The notes beneath the pieces were generated by a model. It had not been told where the DNA came from, did no database searches, and saw nothing but the letters and a program-made list of their open reading frames with translations. From assembly GCA_964441025.1 (NCBI GenBank), contig CAYTXG010000002.1:22787-86786 (forward strand): DNA of 64,000 nt. The letters are read 5' to 3'. The stretch is from an uncultured Syntrophomonadaceae bacterium (GTDB lineage: Bacteria > Bacillota > Dethiobacteria > DTU022). Below, piece by piece: positions 10,342-20,560 of the stretch (position 1 is the first letter of the stretch; each line of letters begins with the position of its first letter). Position numbers and translations under genes: made by a program.

Positions 10342-11094
10342 ATGGAGCTGACAGCACAGGAAAAGGATCTTTTAAAAGAGATAGATCCCGGGTGCATTCC
10401 GGGCCATGTGGCGATGATCATGGATGGCAACGGACGCTGGGCCAAAGAAAGAGGCCTGCCCCGCTTTGCGGGCCACCGCCGGGGCGTGGATACGGTGCGC
10501 AACATAGTTCGCTTCAGCAATTACCTGGGCATCAGGGCGCTGACTCTTTTCGCTTTCTCCACCGAGAACTGGCGGAGGCCAGCCCGGGAGATAAATTATT
10601 TGATGAGCCTGCCCGAGCAGTATTTGCAGAGGGAGCTGCCCGAGCTGGTCAGGAACAATGTCCGGGTGAAGCTCACCGGCGATCCTAAAAGGCTGCCTCT
10701 CCAGGTAAGAAAGGCAATTGATCGGGGGCTGGAGGCAACAGGAGAAAACAGCGGGATGATCCTCAACTTTGCCCTTAATTACGGTGCGCGCATGGAGATT
10801 GTGCGGGCGGTGCAGGCGGTGCACGATGATATGCAGCAGGGTAAAATCAAGGGAAGAGTGACTGAAAATATATTTACCGGCTATCTATATACCGCCGGAA
10901 TAGCTGACCCCGATCTGCTTATCCGGACGGGCGGCGAATACAGGATCAGTAATTTTTTGCTGTGGCAGCTGGCTTACAGCGAACTCTGGTTCACTGCCGT
11001 GTACTGGCCCGACTTTGGGCGGATACACCTGCTGCAGGCGATACGCGACTATCAACAGCGGGAGCGGCGCTTCGGCAGGGCTCCCCTGGAATAG
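10342..11094 (+). CDS. uppS: Undecaprenyl diphosphate synthase (cis-prenyltransferase)
   Basis: HVAMIMDGNGRWA, FAFSTENWRRP, LIRTGGEYRISNFLLWQ. The start is placed at ATG 10342 rather than the track start. Confidence 0.95.
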   Translation: MELTAQEKDLLKEIDPGCIPGHVAMIMDGNGRWAKERGLPRFAGHRRGVDTVRNIVRFSNYLGIRALTLFAFSTENWRRPAREINYLMSLPEQYLQRELPELVRNNVRVKLTGDPKRLPLQVRKAIDRGLEATGENSGMILNFALNYGARMEIVRAVQAVHDDMQQGKIKGRVTENIFTGYLYTAGIADPDLLIRTGGEYRISNFLLWQLAYSELWFTAVYWPDFGRIHLLQAIRDYQQRERRFGRAPLE

Positions 11095-11107
11095 AGGTGG
11101 CAAGAAG

Positions 11108-11911
11108 GTGCTTCATCTGCGTATTCTTTCCGCCCTTGTGGGCATTCCCCTCATTCTAGGCCTTGTTTACCTGGGGGGGCATTATTTTGCCGCTTTCATC
11201 ATCCTGGTGGTAATCCTGGGAATGCGTGAGTACACGGCTTTGCTGAAAAGAAAAGGTTTCCACCTTCCGCCTGCCGCCGGTTATGCCGGAACAATTATAT
11301 TTTTGCTTGCGCTGTACCTGGGAACGCTACTGGAGGTTGACCTTGTCCTGCCGGCGCTTATATTCATCGTGGCCGGCCTGGCCATACTTTTCCTGATCTA
11401 CTATGATAAGACAACCATCCAGGAATCAGCACTAATTCTCTGGGGTATAATCTATCTTGGCGCTTTTGGGGGCTACATGATCTTGCTGCGGCAGCTGCCG
11501 CAGGGCCTTACATATACTTTTCTCCTTCTCTTTGGAGTCTGGGCAAATGACACTTTTGCCTACTTTATCGGGCTGAAATGGGGGAGAAGGCGCCTGGCGC
11601 CTGCGATCAGCCCCAAAAAATCAGTGGAGGGGGCCTGTGCCGGAATTGCCGGCAATATTATCCTGGCTCTTCTTGCTGCTTATCTCTTTCCTGTCTGGAT
11701 CGGACTGAGTGCCTGGAAGGCGTCGCTGCTGGGACTGGGCATCGCTGTATTTGCCCAGCTGGGCGACCTGCTGGAATCGGCGGTAAAGCGAAATTTTGAA
11801 GCGAAGGACACCGGTCAGCTGATCCCGGGCCACGGCGGGGTCCTGGATCGCTTTGACAGCCTTCTCTTCACCGCTCCCATGGTCTATTGCTTTTTTATAC
11901 TTATCAGATAA
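11108..11911 (+). CDS. cdsA: Phosphatidate cytidylyltransferase
   Basis: ISPKKSVEG and LIPGHGGVLDRFDS. GTG 11108. Confidence 0.95.
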   Translation: MLHLRILSALVGIPLILGLVYLGGHYFAAFIILVVILGMREYTALLKRKGFHLPPAAGYAGTIIFLLALYLGTLLEVDLVLPALIFIVAGLAILFLIYYDKTTIQESALILWGIIYLGAFGGYMILLRQLPQGLTYTFLLLFGVWANDTFAYFIGLKWGRRRLAPAISPKKSVEGACAGIAGNIILALLAAYLFPVWIGLSAWKASLLGLGIAVFAQLGDLLESAVKRNFEAKDTGQLIPGHGGVLDRFDSLLFTAPMVYCFFILIR

Positions 11912-11950
11912 AAAATTGGGTATATATTTTCTGGGTGGCGAAAAACAAAC

Positions 11951-13117
11951 ATGTTAAAAAATATAGCCCTGCTGGGCGCTACCGGCTCAATAGGGCGCCA
12001 GACACTTGAAGTTGTCGAACACCTGGGCGGCGGCTGCCGCGTAGTGGCGCTTACTGCAGGAAGCAACAGCAAGCTGCTTGAAGAGCAGGTGCGCCGTTTT
12101 AAGCCAGAGCTGGCGGTATTGAACGATCCGGCGGAGGCCGCTCAACTGGAATATTCTCTCAGAGGCCTGGGCTGCCGGGTCGAGAGCGGCCCCGGCGGGC
12201 TCATTGAGGCGGCACGCTGCCCCTCTGCTGAACTCGTGGTCATTGCCCTTGTCGGCTTCAGCGGGTTTGCGCCAACTCTGGAAGCCCTGCTAGCGGGGAA
12301 AACCGTGGCCCTGGCCAACAAAGAGGCGCTTGTCGTCGGCGGAGAGCTGCTGGCTGCAAAAGGACTTCTGAATGGGGAGAAAATCCTTCCCCTGGACAGC
12401 GAGCATTCCGCTATTCACCAGTCTCTGGGCGGAACTCCCATCAACAGGGTCAGCCGGATCTGGCTTACCGCCTCGGGTGGGCCCTTTCGAGACTGGGATG
12501 AACAGCGGCTGGCCCGCGCCACCCCTGCAGAGGCGCTGGCTCATCCGAACTGGAGGATGGGGCCCAAGATTAGCGTTGATTCGGCGACGCTGATGAACAA
12601 GGGTTTTGAGGTAATAGAGGCCCACTGGCTTTTCGGGGTGCCCCTCGAAAAGATCAGGGTGGTGATCCACCCGCAGAGCGCTGTTCATTCCGCCGTAGAA
12701 TTTATAGACGGTTCCATAATCGCGCAACTGGGTCCGCCGGATATGCGTTTGCCCATTCAGTATGCCTTGTGCTATCCGGAAAGAACGGCAAATCCCTGGC
12801 CGCGTTTCGATTTTTTAAGGCAGGATCTAACTTTTGCAGAGCCGGACCGGGCCCGCTTTCCCTGCCTGGACCTTGCTTACCGGGCCATGGAGGCCGGGGG
12901 TACGGCGCCCGCCTGCCTGAATGCCGCCAATGAGGTGGCGGTGGAGCTGTTTTTAAAAGGCGAGATCGGTTTTTTGGATATCTCCCGCTTCATCGAGCGG
13001 GTGCTGCAGGAACACACTGTAATCCTGAAGCCGGAACGGCATGATCTCGAGAAAGCAGACAGGTGGGCCCGCAGCTGCGCCGCAGCTCTGTCCCGCCGGT
13101 CCGCAGACAGGAGTTGA
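11951..13117 (+). CDS. dxr: 1-deoxy-D-xylulose 5-phosphate reductoisomerase
   Basis: LGATGSIG, ALANKE, DSEHSAI, HPNWRMGPKISVDSATLMNKG. Confidence 0.98.
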   Translation: MLKNIALLGATGSIGRQTLEVVEHLGGGCRVVALTAGSNSKLLEEQVRRFKPELAVLNDPAEAAQLEYSLRGLGCRVESGPGGLIEAARCPSAELVVIALVGFSGFAPTLEALLAGKTVALANKEALVVGGELLAAKGLLNGEKILPLDSEHSAIHQSLGGTPINRVSRIWLTASGGPFRDWDEQRLARATPAEALAHPNWRMGPKISVDSATLMNKGFEVIEAHWLFGVPLEKIRVVIHPQSAVHSAVEFIDGSIIAQLGPPDMRLPIQYALCYPERTANPWPRFDFLRQDLTFAEPDRARFPCLDLAYRAMEAGGTAPACLNAANEVAVELFLKGEIGFLDISRFIERVLQEHTVILKPERHDLEKADRWARSCAAALSRRSADRS

Positions 13118-13123
13118 AATCCC

Positions 13124-14143
13124 TTGCAGACGCTTATTGCTTCAATTATTGTTTTCGGCATCCTGGTTTTTGTTCATGAATTCGGGCACTATATCGCCTG
13201 CCGCCTGAACGGGGTGAAAGTGCTTGAGCTGGCCATCGGATTCGGGCCAAAATTGCTAAGCCGGAAGAAAGGGGATACCGCTTATTCGCTGCGACTTTTT
13301 CCCCTGGGGGGATTCTGCCGCATGCTCGGCGAAAGCCCGGAGGAGATAAAGGAAGAGGGTAATTTTAACAGCAAATCTACAGCCCGCAGAGCCTCCATAT
13401 TGGCTGCGGGGCCGGTGATGAATCTGCTCCTGTCGCTGCTCCTCTTTTTTATCATATTTTTCTTCTTTATCGGCGTACAGCAGCTGGAGAGCTCCGTTAT
13501 AGGCGCAGTCCTGCCCGGGACTCCGGCTGAAAGCGCGGGACTGCGCGAAGGGGATGAGATTTCCTCCGTTAACGGCGAGCCGGTGGCAAAATGGGAGGAG
13601 GTCGTTCGCTCCATTGAAAAGTATCCGGGCGCGGATATCTTTATCCTGGTAAAGCGCGGTGGAGTGATCAAGGAGTTCTCGCTCACCGCCGCGGTGGAGC
13701 CCGAAACGGGAAAAGGTAAGATCGGTATCGCCCCCATTATGGAAAGGTACAACTTCAGCGGGGCCCTCAGGGAGAGTTTCGATCGTTTCGGCATGATTAT
13801 CGCCTCGATCTTTCAGGTAATCACCGGGCGGCTGCCCCTTGATATCACCGGCCCGGTGGGGATCGTGATTGCCATCGGCGAGGTGGCCCGGACAGGTTTT
13901 GTGAACCTGCTCTGGCTGACGGGGCTGATCAGCATAAGCCTGGGACTGGTCAATCTTCTACCTATACCCGCCCTTGACGGAGGCAGGCTCCTGTTCCTGC
14001 TCATCGAGGCTTTGCGCGGGCGGCCGCTGGATCCGGAGAAAGAGGGGTTGATCCACTTCATCGGTTTTGCCCTGCTCATCCTGCTCATCCTGCTTATCAC
14101 TTACAATGATCTGATCCGATGGGATATTATGCCCGGCCGTTAG
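13124..14143 (+). CDS. rseP: RIP metalloprotease RseP/RasP (M50 with PDZ)
   Basis: HEFGH, a PDZ-like PAESAGL segment, and NLLPIPALDGG. Confidence 0.95.
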   Translation: MQTLIASIIVFGILVFVHEFGHYIACRLNGVKVLELAIGFGPKLLSRKKGDTAYSLRLFPLGGFCRMLGESPEEIKEEGNFNSKSTARRASILAAGPVMNLLLSLLLFFIIFFFFIGVQQLESSVIGAVLPGTPAESAGLREGDEISSVNGEPVAKWEEVVRSIEKYPGADIFILVKRGGVIKEFSLTAAVEPETGKGKIGIAPIMERYNFSGALRESFDRFGMIIASIFQVITGRLPLDITGPVGIVIAIGEVARTGFVNLLWLTGLISISLGLVNLLPIPALDGGRLLFLLIEALRGRPLDPEKEGLIHFIGFALLILLILLITYNDLIRWDIMPGR

Positions 14144-14164
14144 GCCGCGGGGAGGTAACAGACA

Positions 14165-15235
14165 ATGGACTCTTATGCGCGCCGCAGCTCTATTGCCGTG
14201 AAAGTGGGCGATCTGACCATGGGCGGCGGTGCTCCGATAGTCATTCAATCGATGACCAGTACCAGGAGCAGCGATACAGCCGCCACCCTGGTTCAGATCC
14301 GGAGGCTGTGGGAAGCGGGCTGTGAGCTGGTCCGGGTGGCTGTGCCCGACAGCGACTCCGCCGGTGCCCTTGGCAAACTGGTGCAGGAGAGCCCCGTTCC
14401 TCTTGTTGCCGATATCCATTTTGACATCCGCCTGGCCTACATGGCCCTGGAGCAGGGTGCGGCCAAGATCAGGATCAACCCGGGCAATATGGGCGGCAAG
14501 GGACTGCTGGGTGAGCTTTGCCGCAGGGCCGGGGATCGTGGCGCCGCTTTGCGGATCGGGGTGAATGCAGGTTCCCTGGAGCGTCCCCTGCTGGAGAAAT
14601 ACGGCGGCGTTACCGCCGCGGCGCTGGTTGAATCGGCGCTGGGATATCTGGAAGTCGTTGAGAAAACAGGTTTTTACGGAACTGTTATTTCTCTTAAAGC
14701 CTCCGATGTGCGCACCAGTATCGAGGCTTATCGCCTTATTGCTCCCCAGGTGAAAAGCCCGCTGCACCTGGGCGTTACAGCTGCGGGACCGCTGGAAAGC
14801 GGAACCGTCAAAGGGGCCGTGGGCATCGGAACGCTGCTGGCTGAAGGGATCGGGGATACCCTGCGTGTTTCCCTGACAGCCGATCCCGTGCATGAGGTCC
14901 GCGTAGCCAGGCAGATACTGGAGGCTTTGCAGCTGCGCCCGCAATCCGGGCCCGAGATCATCTCCTGTCCCACCTGCGGACGCTGCAGTATGGATCTGCT
15001 CCCTCTTGTTGAAAAGGTTTCCGCACTGCTTCAGGGTTATCCCCATCCGGTGAAAGTGGCGGTGATGGGCTGCGCCGTCAACGGGCCCGGCGAAGCCAGG
15101 GAAGCAGACATCGGTATTACTGCCGGCAAGAAACGCGGCATCCTTTTTCGCCGCGGTAAGGTTGTCCGCACCGTGCCCAAGGATATGCTGCTGGAAGCGC
15201 TGCAGGAAGAGCTGAAAGAACTTGCAGATCGTTAA
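14165..15235 (+). CDS. ispG: Flavodoxin-dependent HMBPP synthase
   Basis: IVIQSMT, ADIHFD, RINPGN, SCPTCGRC, MGCAVNGPGEA. Confidence 0.98.
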   Translation: MDSYARRSSIAVKVGDLTMGGGAPIVIQSMTSTRSSDTAATLVQIRRLWEAGCELVRVAVPDSDSAGALGKLVQESPVPLVADIHFDIRLAYMALEQGAAKIRINPGNMGGKGLLGELCRRAGDRGAALRIGVNAGSLERPLLEKYGGVTAAALVESALGYLEVVEKTGFYGTVISLKASDVRTSIEAYRLIAPQVKSPLHLGVTAAGPLESGTVKGAVGIGTLLAEGIGDTLRVSLTADPVHEVRVARQILEALQLRPQSGPEIISCPTCGRCSMDLLPLVEKVSALLQGYPHPVKVAVMGCAVNGPGEAREADIGITAGKKRGILFRRGKVVRTVPKDMLLEALQEELKELADR

Positions 15236-15277
15236 TCTCACTGTTCATCAGGACGATAACTTCCGGGAGGTTGAAAT

Positions 15278-15925
15278 GTGCGCGTATCTGTAATAATACC
15301 AGCTTACAACGAAGAGAAGACTATTGGCGGCGTTCTGGCAGTGGTGACGAAATGCAGCTTTATCCACCAGGTTATTGTCGTCAGTGACGGCTCCACCGAC
15401 GGCACTGTAGAAGCAGCCCGGCAATTCAACGGGGTAAAAATAGTGGAATTGAAAGACAACAGGGGCAAAGGCGGCGCCATGAAAGCAGGACTGGAGCAAA
15501 CCCGTTCGGGGATTATTCTCTTTCTGGATGCCGATCTGATCGGGTTAACGGAGGAGCATATCCTGGCACTCCTTGAACCCATCCGGAACAGCGATGCCGT
15601 GATGAGCCTGGGTCTGTTTGAAAAGGGGCGGGTTGCCACAGACCTGGCCCAGAAAGTGGCTCCATACCTGACGGGACAGCGGGCGCTGCAGCGGGATTTG
15701 CTGAATCGTATTTCCGACCTCGATCTTTCGCGTTTTGGGGTAGAGGTGGCGCTGCACCGCTATGTTGAGGAGAACAATCTCCCTGTAGCCCTGGTCAACC
15801 TGCCCGATCTCTCGCACCTGATGAAAGAGGAGAAGCTTGGGCTCTGGAAAGGTCTTGCGGCAAGGGGGAAGATGTACTGGGAGATCCTCAAATATGCCGC
15901 CAGGATCGACCCCCATCTTAAGTAG
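15278..15925 (+). CDS. Glycosyltransferase family 2
   Basis: VIIPAYNEE, VSDGSTD, NRGKGGA and a DAD (DXD) motif. Confidence 0.9.
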   Translation: MRVSVIIPAYNEEKTIGGVLAVVTKCSFIHQVIVVSDGSTDGTVEAARQFNGVKIVELKDNRGKGGAMKAGLEQTRSGIILFLDADLIGLTEEHILALLEPIRNSDAVMSLGLFEKGRVATDLAQKVAPYLTGQRALQRDLLNRISDLDLSRFGVEVALHRYVEENNLPVALVNLPDLSHLMKEEKLGLWKGLAARGKMYWEILKYAARIDPHLK

Positions 15926-16001
15926 AGACAAATTGTTTCCTTTTCCTTGCTTTTCAGCTTATTTTGTGATACTCTTTTAAAGGTGAAGCAGGTTTCACGG
16001 C

Positions 16002-16025
16002 AAAGGGTGGGTTTTCCCACTCTTT
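16002..16025 (+). ncRNA. rimP leader hairpin
   Basis: AAAGGGTGGG-TTTT-CCCACTCTTT, matching the conserved GTGGG/CCCAC hairpin found upstream of rimP-nusA-infB operons. Confidence 0.65.
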
Positions 16026-16060
16026 CCTGTTAAAAGGCCTCTTTTGAAGGGAGCGGGCTT

Positions 16061-16522
16061 ATGTTTGTTCAGCAGTTGAAAGAGAGATTAATCGGGCTGG
16101 TGCGACCCCTTGCCGAAGAGCAGGGCCTGGAGCTGGTCCGCCTGGAGTACAGCGCCGGCAAGAAAGGGCATCTTGCAGTCTATATTGATAAACCTGGCGG
16201 TGTTACTATTTCCGATTGCGAGTCCATGAGCCGCAGCCTCTCCGGGCTTCTTGACGCCTACGACCCCATTCCCCGGAGCTATGTTCTGGAGGTTTCTTCG
16301 CCGGGCGTGGAGCGTCCCCTGGACGGAGAGGGCGACTTTAAGCGTTATCAGGGGGAAATGGTAAAAATATATACCAGTGAGCCGGTGGCGGGAAGGAAAT
16401 ATTTTGGCGGCGAACTGATCAGCGCCGGAGAGGAATCCGTGGAGCTGCTTACTGAAAAAGAGGAAACGATCAGGATACCGCTGGATAAAATTAAAAAAGC
16501 CCACTTATGGTTCCGGCCTTAA
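16061..16522 (+). CDS. rimP: Ribosome maturation factor RimP
   Basis: YIDKPGGVTISDC and LEVSSPGVERPL. Confidence 0.96.
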   Translation: MFVQQLKERLIGLVRPLAEEQGLELVRLEYSAGKKGHLAVYIDKPGGVTISDCESMSRSLSGLLDAYDPIPRSYVLEVSSPGVERPLDGEGDFKRYQGEMVKIYTSEPVAGRKYFGGELISAGEESVELLTEKEETIRIPLDKIKKAHLWFRP

Positions 16523-16554
16523 GTGTGAAGGCCCAGAAAGGAGGTTAGATCCAA

Positions 16555-17745
16555 ATTTCAGTTAACAGCAAGGAGCTTATTTCCGCTTTGAAAGCTATAG
16601 AAAAAGAGAAGGGGATAGAGCTGGAGGTGCTTTTCGAAGCGCTGGAGGTGGCATTGGTCTCGGCATACAAGAGAAATTTCCAGGCTCCCGGCAATGTGCG
16701 GGTAAGCGTTGACCGGGAGAGCGGAACGATCAAGGTGTTTTCGCAGCTGGAGGTTGTCGAGGAGGTGGAGCTGCCTCACCAGCAGGTGGAGCTGTACGAG
16801 GCCCGCGTCTATGATTCCCGCTGCCAGGTGGGCGACAATATCGAGATGGAGGTTACCACCAGGGAGTTCGGCAGGATTGCCGCCCAGACGGCCAAGCAGG
16901 TGATTATCCAGAGAATCAGGGAAGCAGAGCGGGAGCTGATCTACAGCGATTTTTTGGACCGGGTTGAAGATATTATCACAGGGACAGTGCGACGCTTTGA
17001 GCAGAGAAATGTCATTGTCGATCTGGGAAGGGTGGAGGGGATCCTTCCCCTACAGGAGCAGCTCCCCCGGGAGCGCTACCGCATGAATGAGAGGATCAAA
17101 ACCGCCATCGTGGAGGTCAGGAAAAGCAGCAAGGGGCCCCAGATCATACTCTCGCGGAATCACACGGGTTTTCTAAAAAGGCTTTTTGAGCTTGAGGTTC
17201 CGGAAATCTACGAGGGGATTGTGGAGATAAAGGCTGCGGCTCGTGAACCGGGGTACCGGGCCAAGCTGGCCGTTTATTCCAGGAATACGGATGTGGATCC
17301 TGTGGGCTCCTGTGTAGGGCCGCGGGGAAGCCGTGTCCAGGCCATCAGCAGCGAGCTGCGAGGCGAAAGGATCGATATTATCAGGTGGAGCGAGGACCCG
17401 GAGGAGTATCTAGGCAATGCTCTCAGCCCGGCCAGCGTGGTTTCGGTGGAGCTGCGCGATAAAGAGGCGCTGGTCATAGTTCCCGACAACCAGCTTTCAC
17501 TGGCCATCGGTAAGGAGGGACAAAATGCGCGCCTGGCGGCGAAAATCACCGGCTTCAAGATCGACATCTGCAGCGAAACAGAGATAGCCCAGCAGCGTCT
17601 CTCTTCGCTTGGCCTGGGCATCGCAGGAGAGGATGAAAATCCGGCAGAGGAGACGGAGGTTGAAGAGCCTGCTGCAGCAGCGGATGAGGTGCTCCCTGCC
17701 GCCGCCGCGGATGATGAAGCGGAGGGCTCGCCGGAGGAAGAGTGA
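16555..17745 (+). CDS. nusA: Transcription factor NusA (start uncertain: ATT 16555, GTT 16561 or TTG 16588)
   Basis: FGRIAAQTAKQVI, S1 and KH domains, AIGKEGQNARLA. The conserved helix NSKELISAL lies upstream of the first canonical start. Confidence 0.95.
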   Translation: MSVNSKELISALKAIEKEKGIELEVLFEALEVALVSAYKRNFQAPGNVRVSVDRESGTIKVFSQLEVVEEVELPHQQVELYEARVYDSRCQVGDNIEMEVTTREFGRIAAQTAKQVIIQRIREAERELIYSDFLDRVEDIITGTVRRFEQRNVIVDLGRVEGILPLQEQLPRERYRMNERIKTAIVEVRKSSKGPQIILSRNHTGFLKRLFELEVPEIYEGIVEIKAAAREPGYRAKLAVYSRNTDVDPVGSCVGPRGSRVQAISSELRGERIDIIRWSEDPEEYLGNALSPASVVSVELRDKEALVIVPDNQLSLAIGKEGQNARLAAKITGFKIDICSETEIAQQRLSSLGLGIAGEDENPAEETEVEEPAAAADEVLPAAAADDEAEGSPEEE

Positions 17746-17770
17746 GCGGGTTTAGGGAGGCGGAATTGTA

Positions 17771-18055
17771 ATGTCCAAAAAGCGTAGAATACCCTTACGG
17801 ATCTGCGTCGGCTGCCGGGAAAAAAAGCCGAAACGGGAACTGCTGCGCCTGGTACGCACTCCGGAGGGCGACATCCTCCTGGATCGGGGCGGTAAAATGT
17901 CCGGCCGCGGCGCTTATATCTGCCGTCGGGAAACCTGCCTGGTAAAAGCGCTGAAAGGCAACAGGCTTGAGAAAAACCTGGAGCGACCCCTTTCCGGCGA
18001 ACTTATTGCCGCACTAAAGGAGCTGCTTGAACAGGAGAGCGATTTTACATCTTAA
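17771..18055 (+). CDS. ylxR: YlxR/RnpM family RNA-binding protein (DUF448)
   Basis: PLRICVGC and GRGAYIC; synteny after nusA. Confidence 0.93.
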   Translation: MSKKRRIPLRICVGCREKKPKRELLRLVRTPEGDILLDRGGKMSGRGAYICRRETCLVKALKGNRLEKNLERPLSGELIAALKELLEQESDFTS

Positions 18056-18094
18056 AGGTCTCTACAGGGAGGGCTTTTAATGGAGGTGTGTTGA

Positions 18095-20170
18095 ATGGCT
18101 AAAGTTAGAGTTTATGAGCTGGCCAAAGAACTGGGAACCAGCAGCAAGAAATTGATCGAGATCATGGAAGGAATGGAGATCAGGGTTAAAAATCATATGA
18201 GCACGCTGGAAGATGAAGAGGCCCGGCGTGTAGTCGCCATCCTGACCGGCAAGGCAGAGCGCGTTGAGGATAAGGCAAAAAAAGAGGCGCCGCCCGCAGC
18301 GGTTGAGGAGCGGACGGCCGTGGCGGCACCGGAGGAAGCTGCAGTTGTGGATAAAGCTGCGCCAGAGGTGGAAAAAGGGCGCAAACCGGTAGCCGCCCCG
18401 GCCGCCAAAAAAGCGGCGGTGAAAAAGAAACGGCGGCGGGTGAAAATCGAGGGCCGCGTCACTGTCGGGGAGGTGGCGAACCTCTTTGAAGTTACCCCGG
18501 CGGAGCTTATTACCAGCCTCCTTAACCTTGGCATTGTTGCCAATATCAACCAGGCCCTGGGACCCGAAGCCGCCGAGCTTGCAGCGGAGGAATATGAAAT
18601 TGATCTGGAATTTGTTGCAGATCCCGTTGAGCAGGAGCTGCTCGGCGATGATGAGGAGGCGGGCAAAAACCTGGCGGCCCGCAATCCCGTTGTTACGGTG
18701 CTGGGCCATGTTGACCACGGTAAAACATCGCTGCTGGATGCCATTCGGGAATCAAACATAACCGCCGGTGAGGCGGGTGGAATTACCCAGCACATCGGAG
18801 CCTACGAGGTTGAGACGGCGGGCAAGAAAGTTGTCTTTCTGGACACACCGGGGCATGAAGCCTTTACCGCAATGCGCGCCCGGGGCGCCCAGGTTACCGA
18901 TATGGCCATCCTCGTGGTGGCCGCCGACGACGGGGTCAAACCGCAAACCGTGGAGGCGATCAACCACGCCCGGGCGGCGGAGGTGCCCATCATTGTGGCC
19001 GTCAACAAGATCGACAAAGCAGGCGCCAACCCCGAGCGGGTCAGGCAGCAGCTTTCGGAGAATGGCCTTGTTCCGGAAGAATGGGGCGGAGATACAATCT
19101 ACGTCAATGTGAGCGCGCTGCAGAAGCAGGGCCTTGACGAGCTTCTGGAGATGATCCTGCTGGTGGCCGAGGTGGGCGACTTGAAAGCAAATCCTGAGCG
19201 CGCAGCCAGGGGAACGGTGATCGAGGCCCATCTTGACAGGGGCAGGGGGCCTGTGGCCACGGTCCTGGTGCAGGACGGAACACTCCGCATCGGCTCCCCC
19301 GTCATCTGCGGCACCGCAACGGGCAAGGTCCGGGCGATGCTCAATCACAGGGGAGAGCGGGTGCAGCTGGCCGGCCCCTCCACTCCGGTGGAACTGCTCG
19401 GTTTGAGCGATGTGCCGCTGGCCGGGGACAGGTTTCAGGCTGTAACCAGCGACCGTCTTGCCAGGCAGGTTGCGGAGCGGCGCTCGCACAAGATGAAAGC
19501 GGCGGCGCAGAGCAGGCAAAGGATCACCCTGGACGATCTTTTCAAGCAGATCCAGGAGGGAGAGGTCAAAGATCTCAACCTTGTGATCAAGGGAGATGTA
19601 CAGGGATCGGTGGAGGCGCTCCAGGAGGCCATCATGAAGCTGAGCCTGGATGAAGTCCAGGTCAAGGTGATCCATGCCGGCGCCGGGGCGATCAATGAAT
19701 CGGACGTGATGCTGGCTTCCGCTTCAAATGCCATTGTTATCGGCTTTAATGTGCGGCCCGATAATAATGCGCGCCGCCTGTCGGAGCAGGATCAGGTTGA
19801 TCTGCGCCTTTATCGCGTCATCTACGAAGCCCTTGCCGATATCGAGGCGGCGGTCCGCGGGTTGCTCAAACCCGTCTACCGGGAGCAGATCCTGGGACAG
19901 GCTGAAATCAGACAGGTGTTCAAGGCCTCACGCATTGGAAACATTGCGGGTTGCCATGTAACTGAAGGGAAAATTATACGCAATGCGCTTGTGCGCCTGA
20001 TCCGAGACGGCGTAGTAATCCACGAGGGAAAACTGGCCTCGCTCAAGCGCTTCAAAGATGATGTCCGTGAGGTATTGAGCGGCTTTGAATGCGGTATCCT
20101 TCTTGAAGGGTACAATGATATAGCTGACGGCGATATTGTCGAAGCCTACACCATGCAGCAGGTTAACTGA
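18095..20170 (+). CDS. infB: Translation initiation factor IF-2
   Basis: [31 protein letters not shown]. Confidence 0.98.
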   Translation: MAKVRVYELAKELGTSSKKLIEIMEGMEIRVKNHMSTLEDEEARRVVAILTGKAERVEDKAKKEAPPAAVEERTAVAAPEEAAVVDKAAPEVEKGRKPVAAPAAKKAAVKKKRRRVKIEGRVTVGEVANLFEVTPAELITSLLNLGIVANINQALGPEAAELAAEEYEIDLEFVADPVEQELLGDDEEAGKNLAARNPVVTVLGHVDHGKTSLLDAIRESNITAGEAGGITQHIGAYEVETAGKKVVFLDTPGHEAFTAMRARGAQVTDMAILVVAADDGVKPQTVEAINHARAAEVPIIVAVNKIDKAGANPERVRQQLSENGLVPEEWGGDTIYVNVSALQKQGLDELLEMILLVAEVGDLKANPERAARGTVIEAHLDRGRGPVATVLVQDGTLRIGSPVICGTATGKVRAMLNHRGERVQLAGPSTPVELLGLSDVPLAGDRFQAVTSDRLARQVAERRSHKMKAAAQSRQRITLDDLFKQIQEGEVKDLNLVIKGDVQGSVEALQEAIMKLSLDEVQVKVIHAGAGAINESDVMLASASNAIVIGFNVRPDNNARRLSEQDQVDLRLYRVIYEALADIEAAVRGLLKPVYREQILGQAEIRQVFKASRIGNIAGCHVTEGKIIRNALVRLIRDGVVIHEGKLASLKRFKDDVREVLSGFECGILLEGYNDIADGDIVEAYTMQQVN

Positions 20171-20200
20171 TCGGGGCCGGAGGGTAGGGAGGTAAAAACC

Positions 20201-20560
20201 ATGTCTTTGAACAGGGTCCGGCGGGTTGCCGGGGAGATGAAAAAGGAGATCAGCCGGATTCTAGCACGTGAGATCAAAGATCCGCGCATCGCTGAGCTGA
20301 CCAGCGTCACCGGAGTAGATCTCTCCCGGGATCTGCGGCACGCCACTGTGTACGTGAGCATCTACGGCAATGAAGCAGAAAAGGAGAAGACCATGCTGAC
20401 GCTGCTGCGAGCCGCGGGCTTCGTGCGCAGTGAAATAGGCAGGCGCATCCGGCTGCGGTACGCCCCTGAAATTCATTTTGCCGAGGATCGCTCCCTGGAA
20501 TACGGGGCCCATATAGAAAGCGTTTTAAAATCGCTGCACAAGGATAACGGGGAGCCATGA
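20201..20560 (+). CDS. rbfA: Ribosome-binding factor A
   Basis: IKDPRI, DLRHATVYVS, LRYAPEIHF. Confidence 0.96.
   Translation: MSLNRVRRVAGEMKKEISRILAREIKDPRIAELTSVTGVDLSRDLRHATVYVSIYGNEAEKEKTMLTLLRAAGFVRSEIGRRIRLRYAPEIHFAEDRSLEYGAHIESVLKSLHKDNGEP

Noticed and set aside
13958-15241. Long antisense ORFs (for example 13958-15241, 27652-28884, 33044-34030, 39998-40999)
   Set aside because: Shadow frames of GC-rich real genes on the opposite strand; no motifs or SD.
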